IMG/VR virus record: IMGVR_UViG_3300028925_012628
Direction: 5' to 3' (one strand)
Length of the DNA: 53,698 bases
Origin: a virus
The notes under the pieces are model-generated. The model had not been told where the DNA came from. It searched no databases and was given only the letters and a program-made list of their open reading frames with translations. Positions 52,318-53,698 of the stretch are shown in pieces. The stretch's first letter is position 1. The number at the start of each line of letters is the position of its first letter. The translations under genes and the position numbers were made by a program.

Positions 52318-53698
52318 TTAAGTGTTGTATTTTACTACGTCTGGTGTTTTTGCTGCAATCATCGGAGTCATCGAGGCTACCGTTGACTGGTCTAGTCCTT
52401 GCCGCAGATTGCGTTTCTTATTGCCTAAGTCATAAGCAAGTTTAGCTAGGTCTAGACCTTGTTTAGATGCTGCTGTTTTAGAAGCCATTTCATTTGCTTC
52501 AGCGGCTTGTCCCAAAGATGCCGCCATTGAAGCTGCCTCTGGGGCTGCTGCACCACGCATGGCATCTGCTATCTGACCCTGAAGTTCACCGGAAGCCGCT
52601 GGGGCATTTCCAAGTGCCGCTGCTACATCTGCGGATGAAGGAGCATTGATTCTTCCTGGCTGATCTCCAGCATTGGCAATCGCTCCACGCCCACCATCTC
52701 CAGGGGCTGCGTCTTGATAGCGACTGTATCCACCGGTGGTTGTATTGACATAGCCAACAGGACCCTTCAAGTCTGTATACAGACTCTTCCGTTGTTTCCC
52801 AAGCATTCCCATCAAACCGCCAAGTGCATTCCACTTGTCTTGATTAATAAGACGTTGCCCTGCTAATGCTTCTGACTTGCTGCGTGCTTCTCTAGCTGAC
52901 TTGTCAAATGCGGCCTGTTGGGCTCGAGCAGCTGCCTCACGCTCTGCGTTTATTCGCATCATCTCAATAGCGTCAGCCGTGGACATATGACCTTGTCCTT
53001 CGCCTCCTGGCTCTAGGTTACCTTGCCCAGCACCGCCACCAAAATCTATATTTATGTCCCCTATAGTTGCCTCACCACCTGTACCTGTACCTGTACCTGT
53101 ACCTGTACCACCTGTTGGATTTGATATTACGCCATCTGAACTCATGCTAGACCCAGGAGCCCATGGCCATGTTATTGTGCCATTGCCATCAACCACAGAC
53201 CCGCCTTCGTATGGTTCAGGTCCATATGTTCCATCAGGGCGTGGATATTGCCAACCATCGGGGCCCCATATTCGCCCGCCATTTTCAGGATCTCCCTCCC
53301 AGTCCGGTCTAGTATCTGGAATCTCACCTGGATCGCCAATATTACCATCATCATCGCCGGATTCTACATTCTCTTCTCCATATGGTGGAGTCGGCCCATA
53401 TGTTCCATCCGCTTGTAGATATTGCCAAATCTCTCCATCCCAATATCGGTCCGGGCTAGTATCTGGAATCTCACCTGGATCGCCAATATTACCATCGGTG
53501 CCGGATTCTACATTCTCTTCTACATCTTGGTCAGTCCAACTATCATCAACACCATAAGGTAGGCCTGTGGCCGGATCAATTCCTTCACGATCACCTGTAC
53601 CTGTACCAGTATCTACATTACCAATGGTTTGTCCTGTACCAGTATCTACATTACCAATGGTTTGTCCTGTACCAGTATCTACATTACCAATGGTTTGT
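52318..53698 (-). CDS. 3' part of the same giant ORF (stop codon at 52318-52320)
   Basis: Track ORF 52318..53196 starts at the first GTG, but the same frame is open up to 53698 (...GTGQTIGNVDTGTGTGDREGIDPATGLPYGVDD...). 53697-53196 is a multiple of 3. Confidence 0.8.
   Translation of the reverse strand, partial: QTIGNVDTGTGQTIGNVDTGTGQTIGNVDTGTGTGDREGIDPATGLPYGVDDSWTDQDVEENVESGTDGNIGDPGEIPDTSPDRYWDGEIWQYLQADGTYGPTPPYGEENVESGDDDGNIGDPGEIPDTRPDWEGDPENGGRIWGPDGWQYPRPDGTYGPEPYEGGSVVDGNGTITWPWAPGSSMSSDGVISNPTGGTGTGTGTGTGGEATIGDINIDFGGGAGQGNLEPGGEGQGHMSTADAIEMMRINAEREAAARAQQAAFDKSAREARSKSEALAGQRLINQDKWNALGGLMGMLGKQRKSLYTDLKGPVGYVNTTTGGYSRYQDAAPGDGGRGAIANAGDQPGRINAPSSADVAAALGNAPAASGELQGQIADAMRGAAAPEAASMAASLGQAAEANEMASKTAASKQGLDLAKLAYDLGNKKRNLRQGLDQSTVASMTPMIAAKTPDVVKYNT
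53077..53106 (-). repeat. (ACCTGT)x5 hexanucleotide repeat encoding a (GT)n dipeptide run inside the giant ORF
   Basis: Direct reading; the track peptide shows GGTGTGTGTGTGGE. Confidence 0.9.
53600..53698. repeat. Further copies of the same 33-bp unit. 53614..53698 (85 nt) is identical to 1..85, an assembly overlap that indicates a circular contig.
   Basis: Direct reading: units at 53614-53646 and 53647-53679, a 19-nt partial unit at 53680-53698, and a partial unit at 53600-53613 before them. Confidence 0.9.

Noticed and set aside
53614-53698. The terminal 85-nt identity with 1..85 might be a physical direct terminal repeat used for packaging.
   Set aside because: The identity lies inside a coding tandem repeat and keeps the reading frame. 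An assembler overlap of a circular or circularly permuted genome is the simpler explanation. True genome ends cannot be inferred from this sequence.

Overview
The window appears to be one complete, circularly assembled tailed-phage genome. The last 85 nt repeat the first 85 nt, giving about 53.6 kb of unique sequence. There are two transcription arms. The plus arm (about 22.2-39.07 kb) carries small early genes joined by ATGA/TAATG overlaps. It also carries an SSB, an SF2 helicase, a RecE-like exonuclease, a Rad52-like annealase, RusA, a triple-HTH regulator, a membrane-protein trio and three fibre-like genes. It includes an overlapping HTH / CsrA-homologue / RNAP alpha-CTD-like trio. The minus arm runs from 21991 down through position 1, wraps round, and ends at 39066. 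It encodes a GcrA-like HTH-metallophosphatase fusion and a small middle-gene block. The late module follows: scaffold-like poly-Q protein, candidate capsid and decoration proteins, TerS/TerL, portal and tail proteins. It ends with four contiguous giant low-complexity genes of about 2079, 1350, 783 and 2266 aa, which together take 36% of the genome. The 2079-aa ORF crosses the window edge, so the ORF track misses it. I recognised no DNA polymerase, RNA polymerase, integrase, endolysin, tRNA or CRISPR array. Non-coding features of interest are a phased 10-bp iteron array, a nested inverted/direct repeat region upstream of the early operon, an AT-rich gene cassette bounded by terminators, and conserved gene-junction cassettes. 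All functional calls rest on motif recognition by eye and need HMM or structure searches.
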